Assembly: GCA_030587475.2 (NCBI GenBank)
Contig: JAUQYZ020000095.1
Location: 1 to 23,425, forward strand
Direction of reading: 5' to 3'
Length of the DNA stretch: 23,425 nt
Origin: Candidatus Sigynarchaeum calidifontis
GTDB lineage: Archaea > Asgardarchaeota > Lokiarchaeia > Sigyniarchaeales > Sigyniarchaeaceae
Part shown: one piece after another, positions 7,663 to 16,268 of the stretch
How the letters are laid out: every line of letters begins with the position of its first letter
Numbering within the stretch: position 1 is the stretch's first letter
Made by a program: the position numbers and the translations under genes
The notes under the pieces: model-generated
Told to the model about the DNA's origin: nothing
Databases searched by the model: none
Seen by the model: only the letters and a program-made list of their open reading frames with translations

Positions 7663-9075
7663 ATGGATCAACAGCATCATCACCCGGTGACCGCATTGCT
7701 GATCGGTGCGGGAACCCGCGGTCGCGACGCGTATGGCCGGTATGCCGAGGTTAACCCCGGCCGGCTGAAGTTCATCGCGGTCGCAGATCCGGATCCTGAA
7801 AAGCGTCATCGCTTCCAAAAAATCCACGGTATTCCAGATTCAGCTGCTTTTACAACGTGGCAAGATGTGCTCAGCATCGACAAGGGCAAGATCGCAGATG
7901 TCGCGTTCATATGCACGCCCGACCGCTTGCACTACGAACCAGCAATGCAAGCTCTCGAACTTGGATATGACCTCGTTCTCGAGAAACCGATCGCACCAAG
8001 CATCGCAGAATGCCGTGCGATCGCGAGAAAGGCCGAAGAAAAACGATGCCTGGTACAAATATGCCACGTGCTGCGGTTCACTGCCTTCTGGAAAAAGGTC
8101 AAGGAGGTGATCGCATCGGGCAGGCTCGGCAAGATAGTACACTACGACCACTCGGAAAACGTGGCGTACTGGCACTTCGGCCATTCCTTCGTCCGCGGCC
8201 CGTACAAGAACAAAGAAACGTCCACGCCCATTGTCCTTGCAAAAACCTGTCACGACCTCGACTTGATGTTCTGGATCCTCGGTGAAAAAGCAGTCGACGT
8301 TTCCTCTTCTGGCGGGCTCATGCATTTCCGCCCGGAAAATGCCCCCCCGGGTGCACCAGAGCGCTGCACGGACGGCTGCCCTGCAGAAAAGGACTGTCCG
8401 TGGTATACACCCCGGCTTTACGTGAACGCCGAACCGCTCATCCGGATCGGGATGCACGCGCCGTCTCGAGTTATTCGCGGATTTTCAAAACGAGCCTTGG
8501 AATCGAGAACGTTCATAAAGTTTATGGCGCTTTTCGACAAGCGTGCGAACAAGCTGCTTAACTGGGACGAGTTCCCCGTCACTGCCATAACTAACGACTT
8601 CTCGGTGGAAGGCAAGATGAAAGCCCTCAAGGAAGGGCCATTTGGCAAGTGTGTCTACAAGTGCGGGAACGACGTGCCCGATCACATGGTCTCCACTTTC
8701 ACCTTCCCTTCCGGCGCGACGGGCACGCTCACCATGCACGGCTTCTCCGAGCACGAGGGTCGCGAGCTGCGCGTCTTTGGCACGAAGGGCGTGCTCCGCG
8801 GCACGTTCCGGCAGAACATCGAAACGATCGATGTCACGGATTTCCGTTATATGACCACGGAACGCGTGCACAAGGCCGGTCTTTCCTTTGTTGCGCACGG
8901 TGGTGGTGATTTTGGTATAATGGACGCGTTCACGGCCGTTATGCTTGGTGAAGCATCCCGAGAAAAAAATAATCTCACTGATGTTCAATCGGCAATGGAA
9001 TCGCATTATATGGGCTTCGCTGCCGAGGCGGCACGTGAAAGACGGGCAGTCTTGCGAATGGATGACTATCGGTAG
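7663..9075 (+). CDS. Gfo/Idh/MocA-family NAD(P)-dependent oxidoreductase with Cys-rich insert
   Basis: LIGAGTRG Rossmann motif, ICTPD, LEKP, KTCHDLD and HGGGD. ATG 7663 is preceded by GAGGTGA (SD-like). Confidence 0.9.
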   Translation: MDQQHHHPVTALLIGAGTRGRDAYGRYAEVNPGRLKFIAVADPDPEKRHRFQKIHGIPDSAAFTTWQDVLSIDKGKIADVAFICTPDRLHYEPAMQALELGYDLVLEKPIAPSIAECRAIARKAEEKRCLVQICHVLRFTAFWKKVKEVIASGRLGKIVHYDHSENVAYWHFGHSFVRGPYKNKETSTPIVLAKTCHDLDLMFWILGEKAVDVSSSGGLMHFRPENAPPGAPERCTDGCPAEKDCPWYTPRLYVNAEPLIRIGMHAPSRVIRGFSKRALESRTFIKFMALFDKRANKLLNWDEFPVTAITNDFSVEGKMKALKEGPFGKCVYKCGNDVPDHMVSTFTFPSGATGTLTMHGFSEHEGRELRVFGTKGVLRGTFRQNIETIDVTDFRYMTTERVHKAGLSFVAHGGGDFGIMDAFTAVMLGEASREKNNLTDVQSAMESHYMGFAAEAARERRAVLRMDDYR

Positions 9076-9196
9076 CGATCTCTGTTGTTTTCGGAATGCA
9101 CGATCTCGACGCGGATATCGATCAGAGAAGTTTCAAAAGCCGGCTAGAATCCATTGCACCCATAGCATGGGATTGTGCTGATCCAGGTGTGAACAC

Positions 9197-10501
9197 ATGT
9201 CCGGACCAAAGATTACTTCTGTGAAAGCGCGTTGGATCCTAGATAGCAGAGGAAACCCGACCGTTGAATGTGATCTCAAGGCAGGCGACATATCTACACG
9301 AGCAGCCGTTCCGAGCGGTGCCTCTACTGGTGAAGGCGAGGCAGTCGAGCTCCGGGATGGCGGGACGGCTTTTATGGGAAAGCATGTTGTAAAAGCCGTT
9401 GCGAACGTGAATGATATCATTGCAAAGAAAGTTGTTGGAATGGACGTGACCGATCAAAAAGCATTAGACAAGGCCATGATCGATCTCGATGGCACGGAGA
9501 ACAAGGGAAAGCTTGGCGCCAATGCCATCTTGTCCGTCTCGTTGGCTGCCATGAAGGCCGCAGCGGTATCCCTTGGAAAGCCTCTTTACGAGTATATCTA
9601 CGAGCTCACTTTCGGTAAAACCCCGAAACGATACCTCATGCCCGTCCCGGGTTCCAACGTGCTCAATGGCGGCAAGCATGCGGGTTCGGAGCTGGCGGTT
9701 CAAGAATTCATGATCTTTCCGGTCGGTGCCAAGAGTTACATCGAAGGCTTGCAGATGATCGTGGAAACATACCACAACTTGAAGGATCTCCTCCAGAAAA
9801 AATACGGCAAGGCAGCGATCAACGTGGGCGATGAGGGCGGCTTTGCACCGAATCTCAAGAACACGAGGGAAGCGCTTGACGTGATCACGGAAGCAATCAA
9901 GAAAGCGGGATACGAGGGCAAGGTCAAGCCCGGCCTCGATTCTGCTGCGAGTAGTTTCTTCGATGGGAGCACCAAGAAGTATAAAATCGACGGAGGCATG
10001 AAGAGTGCTGGGGAGATGGTCGATTACTACGTTGAAATTGCCAAAACCTATCCTATCGTTTTGTTCGAGGATCCCTTCAACGAGGATGATTTTGACAGCT
10101 TTGCGCAACTCACGGCCAAGCTTGCAAAGGGCATCAACGTGGTCACAGACGATCTCACTGTCACGAATGTTAAATTGCTCCAGAAAGCGATCAACTTGAA
10201 AGCAGGCAATACATTGCTTATGAAGGTGAACCAGATAGGCTCGGTCACCGAATCGATCGCCGCGGCAAATCTTGCCTACAAGAATGGCTGGGGCGTGATG
10301 CCTTCGCACCGCTCGGGCGAGACCGAGGATAGCACGCTTGCCGACATCGCGGTCGGTTTCTGCTCGGGGCTGATCAAGACCGGGGCTCCCTGCCGCACGG
10401 AACGCAACGTGAAGTACAACCAGCTGCTTCGCATCGCGGAGGAGCTTGGCAGCAAGGCGGAATATCCCTCGGATTTCAGCTCGTTCAAGAAGTACCAATG
10501 A
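9197..10501 (+). CDS. eno: Enolase (phosphopyruvate hydratase)
   Basis: ILDSRGNPTVE, VPSGASTG, GDEGGF, LLMKVNQIG, SHRSGETED and IKTGAPCR..R..KYNQLLRI. Confidence 0.98.
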   Translation: MSGPKITSVKARWILDSRGNPTVECDLKAGDISTRAAVPSGASTGEGEAVELRDGGTAFMGKHVVKAVANVNDIIAKKVVGMDVTDQKALDKAMIDLDGTENKGKLGANAILSVSLAAMKAAAVSLGKPLYEYIYELTFGKTPKRYLMPVPGSNVLNGGKHAGSELAVQEFMIFPVGAKSYIEGLQMIVETYHNLKDLLQKKYGKAAINVGDEGGFAPNLKNTREALDVITEAIKKAGYEGKVKPGLDSAASSFFDGSTKKYKIDGGMKSAGEMVDYYVEIAKTYPIVLFEDPFNEDDFDSFAQLTAKLAKGINVVTDDLTVTNVKLLQKAINLKAGNTLLMKVNQIGSVTESIAAANLAYKNGWGVMPSHRSGETEDSTLADIAVGFCSGLIKTGAPCRTERNVKYNQLLRIAEELGSKAEYPSDFSSFKKYQ

Positions 10502-10553
10502 ACCTTCTCTCCTTCTTTTCACGTTTTTAACTGAAAAGGTCAAGCGTAGATCC

Positions 10554-12635
10554 ATGACCACGTCATCGTTCAAGCCAGCAAGCGACCTTATCAAGGAATG
10601 GACGCAAGAACAATTCCCGTGCTCGTTCCGCTATGATGCGCGGGATTCCGACGCGTTCCTGGATCAATGGGAGAAGAAGGCAGAAAGCAATCCTTCCGTG
10701 GTCGAAGGAAACCCCGTGATCGAGCACCGGATCGTGTATCGAGATCCTCGCACGAGGCTCGAGTGCAAGATCACCGCCCGGGCATTCCCGGATTTTTCCG
10801 CGCTGGATTGGGTCATGGAATTCACGAACATGGGCGATTCCGACACCCCGATCATCGAGAACGTGCACGCCATCGAGTGGGTCTGGAACACGATGCAAAC
10901 CGCGACTCCCGTTTTACATTATGCGAAGGGATCCGATTGCAAGATCGACGATTTCTTGCCGCAAGCCCAGGCCTTGATCCACTGGAAGCCCGTCACGTTA
11001 TCAAGCGTGGCGGGACGCCCGTCGGTCACCACGCTCCCGTTTTTCTGCATCCAGCAGCCGGCCAGCTGCGTGTTCGTCGGCATCGGCTGGTCCGGCCAGT
11101 GGGCTGCGACCATCACGTTGCACCAGCCAACGCCCCGCGATAACGCCGAGGTGGGCATCGACGCGGGCATGGAACGTGTCCACCTGCGGTTGCACCCCGG
11201 CGAGACGATCCGCACGCCCCGGGTGTTGCTGTTCTTCCACGACGGCGATCGCTTGGACGGCCATAACCGCTGGCGGCGCCTCTTGCTGAAGTATTTCTCG
11301 CCATACCATTCCACGCCTGCGGGGCGGGAACGAGCGACCGTGCCCCTGGCCTACCCGATGTGGGGCGGCGTGTCAGAGCAAGGACATCTCGACCGCATCA
11401 AGATGATCGCGGACCGCGGCTTGGCATACGAATACTACTGGATCGACGCGGCGTGGTTCATCGACGAGTCCGAGACCGAGTACGAGGAGGCGACCGGTTC
11501 ATGGGCGAGGCACGTTGGCCGCTGGCGACCAAACAAGAACCTCTACCCGAGGGGTTTAAAGCCTGTCGCCGATGCCGTGCACGCCGCCGGAATGAAGTTC
11601 CTGATCTGGGTGGAGCCCGAGCGAGGCCGTGGCGGGGCCGAGTGGCCACGGCAACACCCGGAATTCTACCTCTCCAGGTACGAAAGAGACGATGTCGACG
11701 GGCAAATAGACAGCAAAAAACATCCATTCGGAACGCACGAGGACGTGCTCTTCAACCTGGGTCTTCCCGAGGCCAGGCAGTTCCTCCTCGACTTCCTAAC
11801 CAGCTTCATCAAGGACGTGGGGATCGATTGCTTAAGGCAAGACTTCAATATCGATCCCTTGCCGTTCTGGCGGCTTCACGACGCGCCCGACCGGCAAGGG
11901 ATGACCGAGATCCAGCACGTCCAGGGGCTGTACCAGCTCTGGGATGAATTGCGGGCCCGGTTCCCGGGGTTGATCATCGATAACTGCGCGAGCGGGGGAC
12001 GGCGCATCGATCTGGAGACTATCCAGCGAAGTATTCCCTTATGGAGAAGCGATTACCAGTGCTCGTTGGCAGCCGACCCTATCGGGGCTCAAGTAGCAAC
12101 GGCTGGCCTGATGCTCTGGGTGCCGCTGAGCTCGACCGGTACGCAGTTCCACCAGGACGATGATTACGCCATTCGGAGTGCTTATTCTTCAGGACTCGTG
12201 TTCCACCACGGCACTCCTATCATCACGCGGGACGGCATGGTGTTCACTAGCGAGTTTAATCCCGAGGGATATCCGTGGAATTGGCACAAAAAGCGGGTCG
12301 ATGAATATAAACAGATCCGCCTGTTCTTCTACGGCGATTATTATTTGCTTAGCAACTGCACCACGTCCTCGTACGACTGGCTGGTTTACCAATGCGACAG
12401 GCCAGACTTGAAACAGGGAATCGTGCTCGCTTTCCGGCGCCAGGAAAGCCCTTATGTCCAGGCTCGGCTAAGGTTGCACGGCATCGACGCGAAAATGCAG
12501 TATTTGATCGAGAACCCGGACACGGGGCAAATCACGAAGGTTTCAGGTGATGAGCTTGCCTCGCGCGGGCTCCTAATTACTTTGGACCAGCCACGCTCCA
12601 GTGCCGTGTACAAGTACCAGCCGGTTTCTCCATAA
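10554..12635 (+). CDS. Glycoside hydrolase family 36 (alpha-galactosidase-like)
   Basis: IGWSGQW, YWIDAAWF, GMKFLIWVEPE, LRQDFN (nucleophile region), IDNCASGGRRID and LWRSD. ATG 10554 preferred: TTTTTAA lies about 23 nt upstream and this start avoids overlap with eno. Confidence 0.9.
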   Translation: MTTSSFKPASDLIKEWTQEQFPCSFRYDARDSDAFLDQWEKKAESNPSVVEGNPVIEHRIVYRDPRTRLECKITARAFPDFSALDWVMEFTNMGDSDTPIIENVHAIEWVWNTMQTATPVLHYAKGSDCKIDDFLPQAQALIHWKPVTLSSVAGRPSVTTLPFFCIQQPASCVFVGIGWSGQWAATITLHQPTPRDNAEVGIDAGMERVHLRLHPGETIRTPRVLLFFHDGDRLDGHNRWRRLLLKYFSPYHSTPAGRERATVPLAYPMWGGVSEQGHLDRIKMIADRGLAYEYYWIDAAWFIDESETEYEEATGSWARHVGRWRPNKNLYPRGLKPVADAVHAAGMKFLIWVEPERGRGGAEWPRQHPEFYLSRYERDDVDGQIDSKKHPFGTHEDVLFNLGLPEARQFLLDFLTSFIKDVGIDCLRQDFNIDPLPFWRLHDAPDRQGMTEIQHVQGLYQLWDELRARFPGLIIDNCASGGRRIDLETIQRSIPLWRSDYQCSLAADPIGAQVATAGLMLWVPLSSTGTQFHQDDDYAIRSAYSSGLVFHHGTPIITRDGMVFTSEFNPEGYPWNWHKKRVDEYKQIRLFFYGDYYLLSNCTTSSYDWLVYQCDRPDLKQGIVLAFRRQESPYVQARLRLHGIDAKMQYLIENPDTGQITKVSGDELASRGLLITLDQPRSSAVYKYQPVSP

Positions 12636-12660
12636 CGCGCCACGTAAAACCAACGCGTGA

Positions 12661-13335
12661 TTACCTCGAACGCGAGGGAAGGATGCGATAAATGTCAACT
12701 TCTATTTCTTTCCTCCTTTTTTCATGGAACTCGTAGAGTCTCGGCAAAAACATCGTGGTCTGGTGCAATTCCACTACGTCCCAGCCACCATCTTTCACGA
12801 AATTTCGCAAAAAAGTGCGATTCTTCTCATTTTTCAAGTGGATCGAGTAGATCACGTCCACGCCCGGTATCACCATTGCCGCACGCAGAAAACGTGCATC
12901 CGCGCCCTTGACTTGCACTCCAAACGGCGGGTTCATGATGAGCGTGACCCCGGACAGTTGGGGGCGCAGCAAGGTCGATCCTGCTATCACGTCGCCAAGC
13001 ACGAGATCCAGCCTCCGATCCAGCCCGAAGGCCCTAGCGTTCTCCCTGGCGAGTAAGAGCGCGTCCAGGTCGATTTCCAGGCCAACTGCACGCCATGCCC
13101 CCATGCACAGCGCGCTGATCGCCAGTCTTCCAGTGCCCGTGCCGAGGTCGATGACCAACCGGCCGTGCAAGTCATCGTGCACGAAACCGGCGATGAAGAC
13201 CAGCTCCACGGCCGCGATGGCATCTGTTGCGTATTGTTCGAGCTCTACCTTGGCACTGGCGGCGTCGAACGTCTTCATTTGCTCGATGATGCCGGTTAGC
13301 TGGCGCTTGTTCAAGATGCCACCACCATATGCCAA
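12661..13335 (-). CDS. METTL5-family N6-adenine RNA methyltransferase
   Basis: LEQYAT, DLGTGTGRLA (SAM motif I), NPPFG and YEFH..RRKEIEVD. Start could be TTG 13314, after GGTGG. Confidence 0.88.
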   Translation of the reverse strand: MAYGGGILNKRQLTGIIEQMKTFDAASAKVELEQYATDAIAAVELVFIAGFVHDDLHGRLVIDLGTGTGRLAISALCMGAWRAVGLEIDLDALLLARENARAFGLDRRLDLVLGDVIAGSTLLRPQLSGVTLIMNPPFGVQVKGADARFLRAAMVIPGVDVIYSIHLKNEKNRTFLRNFVKDGGWDVVELHQTTMFLPRLYEFHEKRRKEIEVDIYRILPSRSR

Positions 13336-13493
13336 GTCATGGTTTAAAATTTAAAGGTGCGCCGCTTTAATTTAACCAGGCTAGAGCAAGCGCAAGGAAG
13401 CCACGTGATTGCAACCGTTGGGTGCGATTTTTCGTGAACGTGCTGGCTCGGTTGGATCGGATAAAGCCTCTTCATTCAACAACGGGATAATAG

Positions 13494-14078
13494 ATGGGCC
13501 AGAATAAAGATTTCGTCGCTATCGGCGACCTTTTAGGCGTCGTCGAGGAATTCATACCCGGCCCGGGCACGTACGAGGCAAATGGGCGTATCTATGCGAC
13601 ATATAACGGGTATAAGAAGATCGACAGACAGCGGCTGGAGGTTTCTGTCCAGCCGGTGAAGAAGAAAGAGATCATCGTGCCTCAAGTCGGGGATTCGGTC
13701 ATCGCGGAGGTGGTTCTCGCAAGGAAGCAGTCCGCGCTGCTCCGCATCTTCAAGATCCGGAACCACTTTCTTTTTGACACGTACGATGGTATATTGCACG
13801 TGTCGAACATGTCACAAAATTATTTAGCGAACGTGGATGATGGCTTCAAGCCCACGGATATCGTCCGCGCCAAGGTTCTTTCGAAAAACGAGTTCGAATA
13901 TGAATTATCCACGAAATTCCCGGAATTCGGCGTGATCTATGCCGAGTGCAGTAATTGTGGCACGGTTCTCGTGCGGGAAGGGAACGAGCTCAAGTGTACC
14001 TTGTGTGGCTACCCGAACCCCCGGAAGTTCGCGAAAGACTACGGTCACGTTCGCGAGCGCATCGAAAACCTCCATTAA
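13494..14078 (+). CDS. csl4: Exosome complex RNA-binding protein Csl4
   Basis: GD.LG..EEFIPG.GTY N-terminal domain, S1 domain (DIVRAKV), GVIYA.CSNCG...CTLCG zinc ribbon and RKFA. Confidence 0.95.
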   Translation: MGQNKDFVAIGDLLGVVEEFIPGPGTYEANGRIYATYNGYKKIDRQRLEVSVQPVKKKEIIVPQVGDSVIAEVVLARKQSALLRIFKIRNHFLFDTYDGILHVSNMSQNYLANVDDGFKPTDIVRAKVLSKNEFEYELSTKFPEFGVIYAECSNCGTVLVREGNELKCTLCGYPNPRKFAKDYGHVRERIENLH

Positions 14079-14081
14079 GCA

Positions 14082-14088
14082 TTTTTTT
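14082..14088 (+). terminator. Oligo-T terminator candidate after csl4
   Basis: T7 just after the stop codon. Confidence 0.4.
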
Positions 14089-14123
14089 CATTCATTAAAT
14101 ACCACGGCCAAAAGGCGACCATC

Positions 14124-14330
14124 ATGGCCTTGCTTTCCCGGAAAAAAATCGTGCTTGATTTCTCGACATCGCCCGATATTCTTGAGAAAATCCAACAAAT
14201 CAAGAAGAAGGTACGGATCACGATGACCGTTCGCATGACTGCGGCGAGAAAGCTCGAGATCGAGATACGGGGCTCCAAGGAGGCCATCCAGGACGCGCTC
14301 GGGCGGATTCGCGCTATCCTTTCCGGCTAG
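14124..14330 (+). CDS. Small basic protein, resembling the DUF2067 N-terminal domain
   Basis: 68 aa. LEIEIRGSKEAIQDALGRIRAIL recalls the DUF2067 N-terminal region, and it occupies the csl4-rpoL interval. ATTAAAT box about 23 nt upstream. Confidence 0.6.
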   Translation: MALLSRKKIVLDFSTSPDILEKIQQIKKKVRITMTVRMTAARKLEIEIRGSKEAIQDALGRIRAILSG

Positions 14331-14411
14331 GACATGCCTATGTTTCATGTATAAAGTTATAATAGCGCGTCGCAACTCGATCACCTACTACTTGATGTAA
14401 GTGCCCTTTCC

Positions 14412-14831
14412 ATGTCTAATGAAGAAGGCAGCGGCCCCGTGCCATCTGCACCACCGGGCGTCTTAACAGAAGCCGCTCCGGCTAGGCCAAAAACAAAAGA
14501 AGAACTCGAGCGCGAGGAAGAAGAGAAAGCCCGGTTCAAGAAGTTGATTTATATAAGACCCGTTGGCAAGTTCACGCAAACGGAAGCCAACATGATCATC
14601 GTGAACGAGAGCCACGGTTTCTGCAATGCATTGAAGAAGTACCTCCTCAAGAACGAGCACGTCTTGTTTGCATCCTACAAGCGCGAGTTCGGCGTTGACC
14701 CGTCCATGTACGTGAATACGGACGGGAAGATTTCCTCGATGGAAGCGCTGATCGACGCGTGCAACAGGATGAGCGTCGACTTGAAGGAGCTGCACGGCCT
14801 CGCAGAGGACGCGGTGAAGAAATTCAAGTAA
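14412..14831 (+). CDS. rpoL: DNA-directed RNA polymerase subunit L (Rpo11)
   Basis: NESHGFCNALKKYLL...VLFASY...TDG....EAL..A matches the RpoL/RPB11 pattern. Canonical position downstream of csl4. Confidence 0.88.
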   Translation: MSNEEGSGPVPSAPPGVLTEAAPARPKTKEELEREEEEKARFKKLIYIRPVGKFTQTEANMIIVNESHGFCNALKKYLLKNEHVLFASYKREFGVDPSMYVNTDGKISSMEALIDACNRMSVDLKELHGLAEDAVKKFK

Positions 14832-14873
14832 TAAGGGGCTCTATTTTCTATCAGCATTGAGGCGCTTCGGGGA

Positions 14874-15317
14874 ATGGACACGCGCGAGTACTTGAAAAAA
14901 GGCATTCGCAGCCTACAAGACGCCATGCATAACAAGGCTTATTTCAAGCTCGGCGACGCGATCGCCAACATGATCTACTGCATGGCCAAGGCAAAGATCG
15001 CGATGGCGCTGCACGACCGGCTGGACATCAGTGGGGCATCCAAGGTCTCCGCGACTATATTGCGCGACGCAGCGGCCATCGCGAGCAAGAAATCCGGGGA
15101 AAAGATCGGGGCACGCGGCGGCGCGCATGAAAAAGCCGACGTCGCAGAGGCCATCATCGGATACGGCTGGGTGTTCGACCTTGTCACGCTGGACGAGTGC
15201 GCAATGCTGATCGCCCAGCCCTACATCGAGCGCAGGCCCGAGAAGCTGCGGGACGAGTACGAGGCGTTCGTGGAGGGGTTCAGCGCCGTTATCGAGCTGA
15301 TACTCAGCCGTGCATAG
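14874..15317 (+). CDS. Archaeal RNase III-like (mini-III-type) family protein
   Basis: KLGDAIAN.IY and H.KADVAEAIIGY.W motifs. No dsRBD. Position after rpoL. Confidence 0.78.
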   Translation: MDTREYLKKGIRSLQDAMHNKAYFKLGDAIANMIYCMAKAKIAMALHDRLDISGASKVSATILRDAAAIASKKSGEKIGARGGAHEKADVAEAIIGYGWVFDLVTLDECAMLIAQPYIERRPEKLRDEYEAFVEGFSAVIELILSRA

Positions 15318-15381
15318 GTTGTACATCGATTCATGAATCTTTTTCGATCGTTCTTTTGGCCAGGTTCCGTAATTCTCTTGC

Positions 15382-15580
15382 TCAGTCGTTTTCTAGGTTG
15401 CCCGGTAGCTTTTCTTCCCCCGCCGGATAACCCCCCTACTACACGATACGTTTTTATCGTGCAAGCTTCCACTACCTTGATGAAAGCCCGAAGTTTTGCA
15501 TCGAGGGCGTGATCAACACGTGGTGGCTGGTGTTCCTTGAGGATCTGGTCGACACGCGCGCGGGCAACACGATGATGTCC
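15382..15580 (-). pseudogene. Probable C-terminal remnant of a trimethylamine:corrinoid methyltransferase (MttB)-family gene
   Basis: Frameshifted fragments DII / ARARVDQILKEHQPPRVDHALDAKLRAFIKVVEA / GEEKLPGNLEND* resemble the MttB C-terminal helix. No 5' part is present. Confidence 0.5.
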
Positions 15581-15715
15581 GATGCAAGCGTGGCAGCAGC
15601 GGAATAAAATCGTTTTATATCCGCGATGGGGGATCGGGCGGCAACGACAGTCGACCAGGTTATCAGATTGCGGATCCCGCCTTTGCTCGAGAGAACGATG
15701 ATAAACAACAAACAA
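15581..15715. repeat. Direct repeat copy 1 (135 bp; partner at 17911-18045)
   Basis: Ungapped alignment at offset 2330, hand count 104/135 identical. Exact blocks AGCAGCGGAATAAAATCGTTTT and GATTGCGGATCCCGCC. Confidence 0.92.
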
Positions 15716-15839
15716 CATTAACGAATCTCAAGGAGAAATACGCAGCATGGTTGTATTTGTTATCAGTTCATGCCATGAATAAGCAAATCGCGCTGAACCA
15801 CCAACAAAGAACGATGATTGATGCACACGGCGTTGTTTT

Positions 15840-16268
15840 TCAAACTAAGAATTTGTAAGACATGATACGCAGCTTTTTTCTTGTTTCGGGCAAGATTTGT
15901 TTTAATAGTTTTTCAGTCGTGTGAAGGGTATATCTGTAGTTCAAACAAAAAGCGATGTTCATACAATCGATATATGATAATCTATCACGATGCTGGCACT
16001 TGAGTGTCCCTGCTAAATTGATCGTCGGTTCATCGAGGTCATCTTGAATAATCTTGTATATTCGCAAAAAGGTAGCAAGCTTTGCTGCGGCTGCATCCTT
16101 TCCCTCCACTTTGCACACGTGGAAAAAGGCTTCGCATAGCATCGGCTTGAGTGCATGAGCTTCGACTTGTCTAGTCTTAATAGAAATGCGGAGTGCATCG
16201 ATTTCCGTGGTGTTGTCTTTCGAAAAAAAGATGCCAAGGATCCCCGCATCCAAGAGTATCTTGTTCAT
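15840..16268 (-). CDS. vapC: PIN-domain ribonuclease toxin (VapC-like)
   Basis: ILLDAG, MLCE, LSYIDC and LHTTE give the PIN acidic-residue pattern. 142 aa, directly abutting the antitoxin stop (TAAATG). Confidence 0.85.
   Translation of the reverse strand: MNKILLDAGILGIFFSKDNTTEIDALRISIKTRQVEAHALKPMLCEAFFHVCKVEGKDAAAAKLATFLRIYKIIQDDLDEPTINLAGTLKCQHRDRLSYIDCMNIAFCLNYRYTLHTTEKLLKQILPETRKKLRIMSYKFLV

Noticed and set aside
9155-9170. Short hairpin CCCAT-AGC-ATGGG in the enolase leader
   Set aside because: A five-bp stem is within chance expectation and has no further support.
10446-10553. N-terminal extension of GH36 overlapping enolase
   Set aside because: The region contains the enolase stop, a T-rich tract and a TATA-like box; ATG 10554 is the better start.
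9464-10594. 376-aa antisense ORF over enolase
   Set aside because: Shadow ORF of a highly conserved gene with no motifs; expected from codon bias.
15221-15718. 165-aa ORF as an intact gene
   Set aside because: Chimeric: the N-terminal part is the non-coding repeat, only the middle looks like an MttB tail, and the end overlaps the RNase III-like gene.
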